Positions 35,577 to 45,143 of a stretch of DNA of 64,000 nt are shown in pieces. The DNA comes from Lachnospira sp. Its GTDB lineage: Bacteria; Bacillota; Clostridia; Lachnospirales; Lachnospiraceae. Numbering within the stretch: position 1 is the stretch's first letter; each line of letters begins with the position of its first letter. Under the pieces are notes generated by a model. That model was not told where the DNA came from, made no database searches, and worked only from the letters and a program-made list of their open reading frames with translations. A program made the translations under genes and the position numbers. The stretch lies in assembly GCA_050874305.1 (NCBI GenBank), contig JBNMKL010000006.1, positions 1,651 to 65,650 of the forward strand, read 5' to 3'.

Positions 35577-37416
35577 GTTGCAGTTACTGGTAAGAAGATT
35601 TTTTCTTATCATAACGGATATAGTCCTGATTAATGGAAGCATTATTCTTGCATTGGTTATGAGATTTGATGTGAATATATCGTTAATTGAGCCGCAGTAT
35701 ATAGATAATTTTAAGGATACATGGATATTATTCACTATAATTACGCTTATTATATTCTGGTTTTTCAGGATGTATCACAGCCTATGGCAGTATGCGAGTA
35801 TTGCAGAGCTGTACAAGATAGTTGAGGCATGTATAGTTGCGGAGATTGCTTATCTTGCCATGACAGCTATATGGGGTAAGATGCTTCCAAGATCATGCTA
35901 TTTTACTGCCGGTGTATTCATGACAGTTGCCATGTGTACAAGCAGATTCATGTACAGAATAATAAGAACATTAATCCAGAATTACAGACATACATCAGAA
36001 CAGATTAACATAATGATTATCGGTGCTGGTGAGGCAACTAATGTACTTATGAGAGAGATTGCCAATTCAAGATATCTTGATAATTCCAAGGTTGTTGCGA
36101 TTATTGATGATGACCCACTAAAGATTGGCAAATTTATACGAGGCGTAAAAGTTGTTGGTAACAGGAACAATATCAAGGAGTATGCAAGATATTATGAAGT
36201 TGATGAGATAATATTTGCGATTCCATCAGCTTCTACCAAGACAAAGAGGGAAATCCTTAACATATGTAAGGAGACACCTTGTAACTTAAAGATAATTCCT
36301 GGCGTATACCAGATGATGGATGGCGAGATTAATGTCAAGGATATCAGAAATGTTGATGTGACCGACCTTCTTGGCAGAGACCCGATTAATGTTGACCTTG
36401 AATCTATTATGGGATATGTATCAGGTAAGACAGTACTTGTAACTGGTGGTGGCGGCTCTATAGGTTCGGAGTTATGCCGTCAGCTTGTAAAGCATGGGCT
36501 TAAAAGACTTATTATATTTGATATATATGAAAATAGTGCTTACGATATACAGCAGGAGCTTAAAAGGGATTATCCAGATGCAGATGTTGTCACGCTTATT
36601 GGCTCAGTAAGGAATACGAGCAGACTTGAATGGATATTTGACAATTACAGACCAGATATTATATATCATGCAGCGGCACATAAGCATGTTCCACTTATGG
36701 AGGACAGCCCTAATGAAGCTGTTAAGAACAATGTAATAGGAACACTTAATGTTGCAAGAATGGCTGATAAATATAATGTGAAGCGTTTCGTTATGATAAG
36801 CACGGACAAGGCGGTTAATCCGACTAACATAATGGGTGCAACTAAGAGAATCTGTGAAATGATAATCCAGTATTTTAATGAAAAGTCAGCCACAGAATTT
36901 GTTGCAGTAAGATTTGGTAATGTACTTGGAAGCAATGGTTCAGTTATTCCGCTTTTTAAGAAGCAGATTGAAGCGGGAGGACCTGTGACAGTAACTCATC
37001 CTGATATTATAAGATACTTTATGACAATTCCAGAGGCGGTATCGCTCGTCATTCAGGCTGGTGCATATGCCAAAGGTGGTGAGATATTTATACTTGATAT
37101 GGGTGAGCCTGTAAAGATAGATGACCTGGCAAAGAATCTTATCAGGCTGTCAGGGTATACACTTGGTGTTGATATGGAGATTAAATATACAGGTCTTCGT
37201 CCGGGTGAGAAGTTGTATGAGGAACTTCTTATGGATGAGGAGGGACTTCAGGATACAGCGAACAAGCTTATCCATATTGGAAAGCCTATAGAATTTGATA
37301 AGGAAGGCTTTGAGGACAAGCTCGAGACAATTAAAGAAATCGCATATTCGGAATCAGAGAAGGATGTGCGTGAATATATTAAAGAGATGGTTCCAACATA
37401 TAGACCTAAGCAATAA
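35551..37416 (+). CDS. UDP-GlcNAc 4,6-dehydratase (CapD/PglF family, membrane-anchored)
   Basis: Four N-terminal TMs; IIGAG; VTGGGGSIGSEL; HAAAHKHVPLME; ISTDKAVNPTNIMGATK; VRFGNVLGSNGSV. Confidence 0.95.
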   Translation: MMEETRKDKLQLLVRRFFLIITDIVLINGSIILALVMRFDVNISLIEPQYIDNFKDTWILFTIITLIIFWFFRMYHSLWQYASIAELYKIVEACIVAEIAYLAMTAIWGKMLPRSCYFTAGVFMTVAMCTSRFMYRIIRTLIQNYRHTSEQINIMIIGAGEATNVLMREIANSRYLDNSKVVAIIDDDPLKIGKFIRGVKVVGNRNNIKEYARYYEVDEIIFAIPSASTKTKREILNICKETPCNLKIIPGVYQMMDGEINVKDIRNVDVTDLLGRDPINVDLESIMGYVSGKTVLVTGGGGSIGSELCRQLVKHGLKRLIIFDIYENSAYDIQQELKRDYPDADVVTLIGSVRNTSRLEWIFDNYRPDIIYHAAAHKHVPLMEDSPNEAVKNNVIGTLNVARMADKYNVKRFVMISTDKAVNPTNIMGATKRICEMIIQYFNEKSATEFVAVRFGNVLGSNGSVIPLFKKQIEAGGPVTVTHPDIIRYFMTIPEAVSLVIQAGAYAKGGEIFILDMGEPVKIDDLAKNLIRLSGYTLGVDMEIKYTGLRPGEKLYEELLMDEEGLQDTANKLIHIGKPIEFDKEGFEDKLETIKEIAYSESEKDVREYIKEMVPTYRPKQ

Positions 37417-37431
37417 TCTGGAGGCGTGTGG

Positions 37432-38520
37432 ATGAAATACGTTATTAACGGTAATTTTCTGTATGGTGCTGTGCTTGGTGTGCAGCGTTATGCAAGAGAG
37501 ATTACAGCTCAGCTAGATAAGTTAATAAAAGATAAGCCATATGAGGTAGAGATTGTCATGCCGTCAATTGACAGTGACGGGACATCTGTATTTGTCAGCA
37601 AATATCAGGCGTTATACAGCAATATAAAGGTTGTTGTGATAGATGGTGTGGCAGGAAGAAAATGGGATCAGATAGATTTTAACAGATATGTTAAAAAGGA
37701 AAATGCAAAGCCAGTGTATCTGTGTAATGAGGTATCTTTATTCATGAAGAATGGAATAGCTGTTATACATGATATAGCATTCAAGACACATCCGGGGTTC
37801 TTCACAGAACCGGGAGACTGGCATGAGATATTGTTCAGAAAGCTTATGTACCGCACCGCATTTAAGAAAGCAGATGCGGTTATAACAGTAAGCGAATTTT
37901 CCAAGAAAGAGATACTTGGTAATTACAGATTGAAAAATCCGGACATAATTGTTGCAGGCAATGGATGGCAGCATTTTAACACGGACAATATAGATGAGCA
38001 TATATTTGACCAGTATGCGAGCAGGATTAAGCGTGGCAGTTATTATTTCTACATGGCATCACTTGCGCCTAACAAGAATCTTAGCTGGATAGCGGAGAAT
38101 GCTAAGAACAATCCACATTCGACATATGTTATTGCAGGTAAATCGCTGGGAGATAAGTCAGATATAACAAAATATCCTAATGTTGTGTATGTAGGATATG
38201 TGTCAGATGCCACAGCAAGGGCACTTATGAAGTACTGCAAGGCATTCCTGTTCCCTTCGACTTATGAAGGATTTGGAATACCACCTATGGAAGCGTTATG
38301 TATGGGAGCAAAGGTAGTGCTTGGTGATATACCAGTATTGCATGAGATATATGAGGATGTGGCGAAATACATCAATTGTAATAATCCGGCAGTTAATCTG
38401 GATTCACTGGTTGATGGCTGGTATCTTGATGAGGAACGTGTTGTAGAGGTATTAAAAAAACATTCATGGCTTGAATCGGCTAAGAAGCTGTGTGAATGTA
38501 TGGACAGGGAGGCTGTATGA
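37432..38520 (+). CDS. GT4 glycosyltransferase
   Basis: GVQRYAREI, IHD, ITVSEFSK, FPSTYEGFGIPPMEA. Confidence 0.9.
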   Translation: MKYVINGNFLYGAVLGVQRYAREITAQLDKLIKDKPYEVEIVMPSIDSDGTSVFVSKYQALYSNIKVVVIDGVAGRKWDQIDFNRYVKKENAKPVYLCNEVSLFMKNGIAVIHDIAFKTHPGFFTEPGDWHEILFRKLMYRTAFKKADAVITVSEFSKKEILGNYRLKNPDIIVAGNGWQHFNTDNIDEHIFDQYASRIKRGSYYFYMASLAPNKNLSWIAENAKNNPHSTYVIAGKSLGDKSDITKYPNVVYVGYVSDATARALMKYCKAFLFPSTYEGFGIPPMEALCMGAKVVLGDIPVLHEIYEDVAKYINCNNPAVNLDSLVDGWYLDEERVVEVLKKHSWLESAKKLCECMDREAV

Positions 38521-39605
38521 AGATAGCGATTGATGCCAGAACACTTGGCAGCAGACCAAGCGGTGTTGGCATGTATCTTAATGATTTTTTGAAGCAGCTT
38601 ATTAAGTATGAAGATTTGGAATTCGTTCTTATATCAGATGTTGCAGAGAGTGAATATATTAAGTTTTTCCAGAAACATGGGATAGAAGTGTATACACAGG
38701 GAAAGCAGGTGTATCGCAGCGCGGGAGTATATTCATACTTCTCATATGTGCAGAGTGTTCTTGATAAGGTAAAACCAGATATATTCTGGGAAGTCAATAC
38801 AGTTATTCCGATTAAGCTTAAAGGCAGCTTTAAGACAATGATAACAGTACATGACATGTTCCCTATAGAGTATGTCGAGTATTTTGGCAGGGTATACAGC
38901 CTGTATTTCCGACATGGACTTTCAAAGACATTGAAAAATACGGACATGATTTTGTATAATTCGATGCAGACCAAGATGACAACGGAAAAATATTTCCCTA
39001 GAAGCAGGAATATTACTAACTGCAATGCATATATAATATCAAACCCATTGAAGGATAAGTGGGATTGCAGTGATGAAGGATATTTTCTGTATGTAGGCAA
39101 TATGGAGAAGAGAAAAGGCGTAGACCTTCTGATTAAAGGATATAGAAGATACCGCGCAGACGGTGGAGACAAGAAGCTGGTTCTTGCCGGCAAGATGCAG
39201 GAGGAGGATATAAGACAGCTTGTTGCTTCTGCGATAGAGGAGGATGGCAATATAACTTATCTTGATTATATAAGCCATGATAAGAAGCATGAGTTATATT
39301 CCAAAATGTCTGCATTTGTATTTCCATCTAAGGCGGAGGGGTTTGGCATGCCAGTTATTGAGGTTATGAAGTTTAACAAGCCTATCATAGCAAGCAATCT
39401 TCCTATATTTGATGAGATAGCGCAGGGCAATATCAATACATTTGATATTAATTGTGGGGAGAAGGAACAGATAGATAATCTTAGCAGGATTCTTTTCAGA
39501 TATAACAGCGTTGTGGATGAGGAGTCCTACAAGGAGACAGTGGACAGGTATGCGCCTGAGAAGCTGGGTAAAACAGTTTATGATTTTATAATGGAGAACA
39601 GATAG
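38517..39605 (+). CDS. GT4 glycosyltransferase
   Basis: IAIDAR, TVHD, YVGNMEKRKG, FPSKAEGFGMPVIE. Confidence 0.9.
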   Translation: MKIAIDARTLGSRPSGVGMYLNDFLKQLIKYEDLEFVLISDVAESEYIKFFQKHGIEVYTQGKQVYRSAGVYSYFSYVQSVLDKVKPDIFWEVNTVIPIKLKGSFKTMITVHDMFPIEYVEYFGRVYSLYFRHGLSKTLKNTDMILYNSMQTKMTTEKYFPRSRNITNCNAYIISNPLKDKWDCSDEGYFLYVGNMEKRKGVDLLIKGYRRYRADGGDKKLVLAGKMQEEDIRQLVASAIEEDGNITYLDYISHDKKHELYSKMSAFVFPSKAEGFGMPVIEVMKFNKPIIASNLPIFDEIAQGNINTFDINCGEKEQIDNLSRILFRYNSVVDEESYKETVDRYAPEKLGKTVYDFIMENR

Positions 39606-39607
39606 AT

Positions 39608-40870
39608 ATGAGCGGGCTGTCAAAGATAGTTCTTAAAGGAGCAGAGAAGCTTCGTCCGGTTCTTGTAAGATGTATACCTAAGAGTGTATTGTCGAAGGTC
39701 AAGGCAGGGATGATTAACCGTGAGGCCAGAGGCATTGCACAGATAGATATAGAGAGATTTGATAAGGATGCATTTCCATTCGGGGTTAATCTTATAGGTG
39801 ATATCCGGGTTGATACCGGACTTGGACAGAGCATGAGATATGTGTCTGCGATTCTTGATGCCGCAGGTGTGCCTAATCTTATATATAATTATTATGTGCC
39901 ACCGGGAATGAATATGTCAGACCATTCGTGTGATGATAAGATTCAGGATAAGTTAAAATACAGTATCAACATATTCCATATCAATGCAAGTGAGATGGCA
40001 GTTGCATTCATGGATTTAGGGAAAGAGTTCTTTGACAGACATTATGATATAGGCTTCTGGCTCTGGGAGATGGAGGATTTTCCGGAAGAGTGGATGCCGG
40101 CATTTAATCTGATAGATGAGCTTTGGGTTCCATCAGATTTTGAGAATAAGATATTTAAAAAATATACAGAAAAACCAGTATACACTGTATCATATCCAGT
40201 TACAGCCAAGGCTGATGAGCAGTATGACAGAGAATATTTCGGTCTGCCAGATGACAGATTTTTATACATGATGATGTATGATGGTGGAAGCGGTGCGCCA
40301 AGGAAGAATCCGGGAAAGGTTATAGAGAGCTTTAAGAAAGCATTTAAACCAGATAACACGGAAGTCGGTCTTGTAGTTAAGCTGAAAGCGAACAGTGACG
40401 CAGACATTGAGTATATTAAGAGTCTTACACAAGGATATGACAACATATATTTTATTGATAAAAATATGTCAAGAACGGAAGTCAACAGCCTTATAAAGTG
40501 TGTTGATGTGTTCGTGTCACTTCACAGGGCAGAGGGCTTCGGGCTTATATGTGCCGAGGCGATGGTGCTTGGAACGCCGGTTATAGCAACGGCGTGGTCT
40601 GCAACTACACAGTTTATGAATGAGAGCTGTGCCTGCATGGTTGGTTACAGGATGGTTGAACTTGAGAAGGACTATCCACCATTCAAGAAAGGATACAGGT
40701 GGGCAGAGGCAGACTGTGATGAGGCGGCAGCATTTATGAGAAGATTATTTGATGATAAGGAATTTTATGGTATAATGAAAAGTAATGCGCGTCAATATGT
40801 GCATGAAAAGCTGTCGATGGAGCAGTCATCGGCATTTGCAAGAGACAGACTTAATGTTATTAACCAATAA
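39608..40870 (+). CDS. GT4-like glycosyltransferase
   Basis: GLGQSMR, IGFWLWE, RKNP, VSLHRAEGFGL..AEAM. Confidence 0.85.
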   Translation: MSGLSKIVLKGAEKLRPVLVRCIPKSVLSKVKAGMINREARGIAQIDIERFDKDAFPFGVNLIGDIRVDTGLGQSMRYVSAILDAAGVPNLIYNYYVPPGMNMSDHSCDDKIQDKLKYSINIFHINASEMAVAFMDLGKEFFDRHYDIGFWLWEMEDFPEEWMPAFNLIDELWVPSDFENKIFKKYTEKPVYTVSYPVTAKADEQYDREYFGLPDDRFLYMMMYDGGSGAPRKNPGKVIESFKKAFKPDNTEVGLVVKLKANSDADIEYIKSLTQGYDNIYFIDKNMSRTEVNSLIKCVDVFVSLHRAEGFGLICAEAMVLGTPVIATAWSATTQFMNESCACMVGYRMVELEKDYPPFKKGYRWAEADCDEAAAFMRRLFDDKEFYGIMKSNARQYVHEKLSMEQSSAFARDRLNVINQ

Positions 40871-40893
40871 AGTGATACACTGGAGGAAAACAA

Positions 40894-41670
40894 GTGAAAC
40901 ATTTAAAAGAGTTATATGAGTACAGGGAGATGATAATAAGCCTTGTAAAGAGAGACCTGAGGGGAAGATATAAGGGCTCGGTTCTTGGATTCTTATGGAC
41001 CTTCATCAATCCATTGCTTCAGCTTCTTGTATTTACAATGGTTTTCTCGATTATTATGAGAGCTGGATATGAGCAGTATTATCTGTTCTTATTCGTTGCA
41101 CTGGTGCCTTGGATGTTCTTTGCATCAAGCGTTCAGGATGGTTCTATATCTATTATCAGAGAAAAAGACATGATTAAGAAGATATATTTTCCAAGAGAGG
41201 TTATGCCAATAGCTACAGTAACAAGCGGATTTGTGAATATGATGCTTACGTTTATAGTCATATTCGTAGTTCTGATTATATCTGGAAGAGGCGTTAATCC
41301 TCTTGCTTTGTTATGTCTGCCTATAGTTATGATTGTTGAGTACATATTGTGCCTGGGAATTGCTATGATAGTTGCTGCACTTACAGTGTACTTCAGGGAT
41401 TTACAGTACATTCTTGGAATTGTAACAATGGCATTACAGTATATGACACCAGTTATGTATGGAAGTGAGATGGTTCCAGACTGGGCTCTGCCAATATTTA
41501 AGGCGAACCCTATGACACCAATAACAGAGATGTACAGACAGATACTGTACTACAAAGAGATACCACATCTTATGTCTTTACTGTATGTACTTGGTATAGG
41601 AATAATATTCATTGCACTTGGCTTCTTATGCTTTAATAAGCTTCAGAAGGGATTTGCAGAGAACTTTTAG
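40894..41670 (+). CDS. wzm: ABC-2 polysaccharide exporter permease
   Basis: RDLRGRYKGSVLGFLWTFINPL, KIYFPRE, YFRDL, NPM. Confidence 0.93.
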   Translation: MKHLKELYEYREMIISLVKRDLRGRYKGSVLGFLWTFINPLLQLLVFTMVFSIIMRAGYEQYYLFLFVALVPWMFFASSVQDGSISIIREKDMIKKIYFPREVMPIATVTSGFVNMMLTFIVIFVVLIISGRGVNPLALLCLPIVMIVEYILCLGIAMIVAALTVYFRDLQYILGIVTMALQYMTPVMYGSEMVPDWALPIFKANPMTPITEMYRQILYYKEIPHLMSLLYVLGIGIIFIALGFLCFNKLQKGFAENF

Positions 41671-41696
41671 TTTGTGTATGCAATATGGAGGATAAG

Positions 41697-42941
41697 ATGA
41701 AAGATCAGAACAACGCCATAGAGGTAAATAATGTTACCAAGCATTTCAAGGTATATTATGACAAGGGAAGTGAATTAAAAGAGAAGGTATTATTCTGGAA
41801 GCGCAATAAGTACGAGAACAGAACGGTGCTTGACAATATAAGCTTCTCAATCAAGAAGGGCGAGGCAGTAGGTCTTATCGGCAAGAATGGCTGCGGTAAG
41901 AGTACAACACTTAAACTTCTTACTAAGATTATATATCCTAACAGCGGCAATATCGAGATGTGCGGAAGAGTATCAAGCCTTATCGAGCTTGGCGCAGGAT
42001 TTCATCCTGATATGAGCGGACGAGAGAATATCTACACTAATGCGGCGATATTTGGACTCAACAAGAAAGAGATAGATGCAAGACTTGATGATATAATTGC
42101 ATTTTCTGAACTTAATGAATTCATAGATAACCCGGTAAGAACATACTCATCAGGAATGTATATGAGACTTGCGTTCTCGGTTGCCATCAATGTTGATGCG
42201 GACATTCTTCTTATTGATGAGATTCTTGCGGTTGGAGATGCCAATTTTCAGGCAAAATGTTTTAACAAGCTTAGAGAAATCAAGGCGGCAGGAACAACTA
42301 TCGTAATTGTATCACATTCACTTGGACAGATTGAGCAGATATGTGACCGCTCTATCTGGATTAAGGAAGGTCATATTGAGATGGATGGAACTCCTAAGGA
42401 TGTCCATCTTGAGTACCTTGATTACATGAACAAGGAGAGAATGGATCAGGCAGAAAAAGACAGAATTCGTGAGGAGACTAAGGCTGCCAAGGAGAGACTT
42501 ATCAAGAGATATGGAGATAAGAGGGCGCAGTTTACAGATATCAGGATGCTTAATGATGCCGGTGAAGTCCAGAAGACATTCAGAACTGGCGAGAGCATAA
42601 CACTTGACCTGAACTACCATATCAATGAAAAGATTACAGACGGTGTGTTTGGATTCGGTATATTCAGAAGTGATGGCTTATGGTGCTATGGAACGAACAC
42701 AAGAATAGATAGGTTTAATAACTTTGATATTGATAAGGATGGACATTATACAGTAAAGCTTGAGAATATAATGCTTATTCCGGGCGAATACTGGGTTGAT
42801 ATAACAATCGAGTGGGGCGAGGGTAATCCGGTTGATTACTACAAGGAAGCCATGAGATTTGAAGTTGTGTCTAATGTGAGCGATGTGGGAGTATTAAGGA
42901 TGCCACACAACTGGCAGTTTGATGATAAGAACATTCAGTAG
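41697..42941 (+). CDS. wzt: ABC polysaccharide exporter ATPase with C-terminal Wzt_C domain
   Basis: GKNGCGKST, GAGFHPDMSGREN, YSSGM, LLIDE; ~150-aa Ig-like tail. Confidence 0.93.
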   Translation: MKDQNNAIEVNNVTKHFKVYYDKGSELKEKVLFWKRNKYENRTVLDNISFSIKKGEAVGLIGKNGCGKSTTLKLLTKIIYPNSGNIEMCGRVSSLIELGAGFHPDMSGRENIYTNAAIFGLNKKEIDARLDDIIAFSELNEFIDNPVRTYSSGMYMRLAFSVAINVDADILLIDEILAVGDANFQAKCFNKLREIKAAGTTIVIVSHSLGQIEQICDRSIWIKEGHIEMDGTPKDVHLEYLDYMNKERMDQAEKDRIREETKAAKERLIKRYGDKRAQFTDIRMLNDAGEVQKTFRTGESITLDLNYHINEKITDGVFGFGIFRSDGLWCYGTNTRIDRFNNFDIDKDGHYTVKLENIMLIPGEYWVDITIEWGEGNPVDYYKEAMRFEVVSNVSDVGVLRMPHNWQFDDKNIQ

Positions 42942-42965
42942 AAGCATTTTTTAGGGGAGATAGTT

Positions 42966-43994
42966 ATGAAATATTGCATAGATGGAAGATTTTTGGCACA
43001 GATGTCATCAGGGGTTGACAGATATGCATATAACATAGTTCTTGCTCTGGATAAGATATGTGGTGGCAAGGATATTGAGATTATTATTCCGCCAGATGTT
43101 AAGAATACACCAGATTATAAGAATATCAAAAAAGTTGTTATGAGAAGCTCTAAGATGTGGACACAGGGAGTATTTGGAATATATGCCAGAAAAACTGGGC
43201 GTATACCAGTTAATCTGTGTAATGAGGTATCTTTGATAGCACCAAGGGGAATTGTATGTCTGCATGATGTGTGCTATGCAGAGAGTGAGGATTTATTCCC
43301 ACAGATTAAAGATTATCCAGAGGATGAGATTTCATGGTTTAATGATATATATAAAAGAATCAAGAAAAAAGCAGACAGGGTAATCACTGTATCAGAGTTT
43401 TCCAAGGGCAGGATTATGGACAGGCTTGGAATAGCCGCAGATAAAATTACTGTAATAGGCAATGGATGGCAGCACTTTGAAGGAGTAAAAACTGATGATA
43501 CGGTTCTTGATAAGTTTAATCTGACTAAGGGAAAATATTTCTTTACAGTAAGCTCGCCTAATAAGAATAAGAATGTCAACTGGGTTCTGGAATGTGCCAA
43601 AGCTAATCCTGATGAGACATTCGTGATAGCTGGCAAAAATCTTGAGCGGATAATTGAAAGCCAGAAATGCAAGAATGTAATATATGCAGGATTTGCGAGT
43701 GATGAACAGGTTAAATCGCTTATGACATATTGCAGGGCATTCATATTTCCTTCATATTATGAAGGATTTGGAATACCGCCACTTGAGGCGCTAAGCACAG
43801 GATGCAGGATAATCGTATCAGACAGGGCGAGTCTTCCAGAGATATTCGGGGATGCGGCTGTGTATATATCGCCAGATGACCCATATGTCAATATTGAGCA
43901 GTTACTTGAACAGCATGTGGCTGACGGACAGAAAATACTTGATAAGTATAGCTGGGACAAACAAGCACATAAATTAAACGAATTGTTAGCATAA
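42966..43994 (+). CDS. GT4 glycosyltransferase (paralog of 37432-38520)
   Basis: GVDRYAYNI, LHD, PNKNKN, FPSYYEGFGIPPLEA. Confidence 0.9.
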   Translation: MKYCIDGRFLAQMSSGVDRYAYNIVLALDKICGGKDIEIIIPPDVKNTPDYKNIKKVVMRSSKMWTQGVFGIYARKTGRIPVNLCNEVSLIAPRGIVCLHDVCYAESEDLFPQIKDYPEDEISWFNDIYKRIKKKADRVITVSEFSKGRIMDRLGIAADKITVIGNGWQHFEGVKTDDTVLDKFNLTKGKYFFTVSSPNKNKNVNWVLECAKANPDETFVIAGKNLERIIESQKCKNVIYAGFASDEQVKSLMTYCRAFIFPSYYEGFGIPPLEALSTGCRIIVSDRASLPEIFGDAAVYISPDDPYVNIEQLLEQHVADGQKILDKYSWDKQAHKLNELLA

Positions 43995-44004
43995 GAGTAG
44001 TGAA

Positions 44005-45141
44005 ATGGAGAGAAAGATGGACAAGATTAAGCCATGGCTCAGAAGCCTTGTATTTTTGGTGCTTCTGGTAGTTATATTGAAGGGCTGCGACTTTATATTT
44101 GCACAGACTGGATATGTAAGATTCATAATTAACGAGGCGGAGAAGAAGGAGACAAGTTATGACACTGTCGTACTTGGCGCTTCACACTGCCGAGGCGCGA
44201 TTGACCCCGCAAAGCTTGATGAAAAGCTTGGAACAAATGCAATTAATATGGCAATTCCAGGTGAGACAATCGAAGATTCATATTATGTTTTAAAGGATAT
44301 AGCAGGAAGCAATGATATCAAGACAGTTATACTTGATATAGATTACCAGTACTGGATGTATGAACAGCCTACAGCACATTTTACAAGGTCATTCATATAC
44401 CAGCAGCTTAAAAATCCGTTGGTTAAGGCAGAGTATCTTGCCAAGAACAGAGATGTAATGGATATGAGAAATGTACTTGCCAACAGACTTAGCTGGAGTG
44501 TTTCACCATCTGCTGTTAAGCGCAACATAAGCGTTAAGACATCTGAGAGCTATAAGAATGTTACAATTGAATCAGCATATGCAGATAACGGGATTGTAGA
44601 GGGCGCAGACGGCCCATATGTTGGCAAAGGATTCTTTGACAGAAAAGGAACAGAATATGGCAAGCTTCCACCGGGAGCGGATTATGTCCAGACATGGGTA
44701 GGAAGAAGTGATGATGCGCTTGATGAGAACGTCAAGGCTGTATTTAAGAATATTGTCAGGTTCTGCAATGATAACAATTACAGACTTATATGTGTCACAA
44801 CACCAATCACTCCATCAGTTGTAAAGACTCTCAGTATGGAGTACGCACACGATACACTCACATCATTTATAACAGATGAGTGTGGTATTGAATATTATGA
44901 TTTTAATGATGCCCTTATGAGCTTCATCCCTAGGTCAGACTGTGATTATGGTGACCAGGAAGGTCATATGGGTGGAGAGCTTGCAGAAGTATATTCTGCA
45001 AAGCTTGCAGAGTTCCTTGCGGATGCATGGGATGGAAGTTATGACAGCAGTAAGTATTTCTATAAGTCATTTGAAGATATGTATAACAATATGAAGAGTG
45101 ACTATACTAAGGTAACTGGAAGAGAATGGAGGGGCTTATAA
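44005..45141 (+). CDS. Membrane-anchored SGNH/DltD/AlgJ-like protein
   Basis: N-terminal TM; LGASH (GxS nucleophile); late DQEGHM (DxxH); adjacent to the MBOAT gene. Confidence 0.65.
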   Translation: MERKMDKIKPWLRSLVFLVLLVVILKGCDFIFAQTGYVRFIINEAEKKETSYDTVVLGASHCRGAIDPAKLDEKLGTNAINMAIPGETIEDSYYVLKDIAGSNDIKTVILDIDYQYWMYEQPTAHFTRSFIYQQLKNPLVKAEYLAKNRDVMDMRNVLANRLSWSVSPSAVKRNISVKTSESYKNVTIESAYADNGIVEGADGPYVGKGFFDRKGTEYGKLPPGADYVQTWVGRSDDALDENVKAVFKNIVRFCNDNNYRLICVTTPITPSVVKTLSMEYAHDTLTSFITDECGIEYYDFNDALMSFIPRSDCDYGDQEGHMGGELAEVYSAKLAEFLADAWDGSYDSSKYFYKSFEDMYNNMKSDYTKVTGREWRGL

Positions 45142-45143
45142 TC

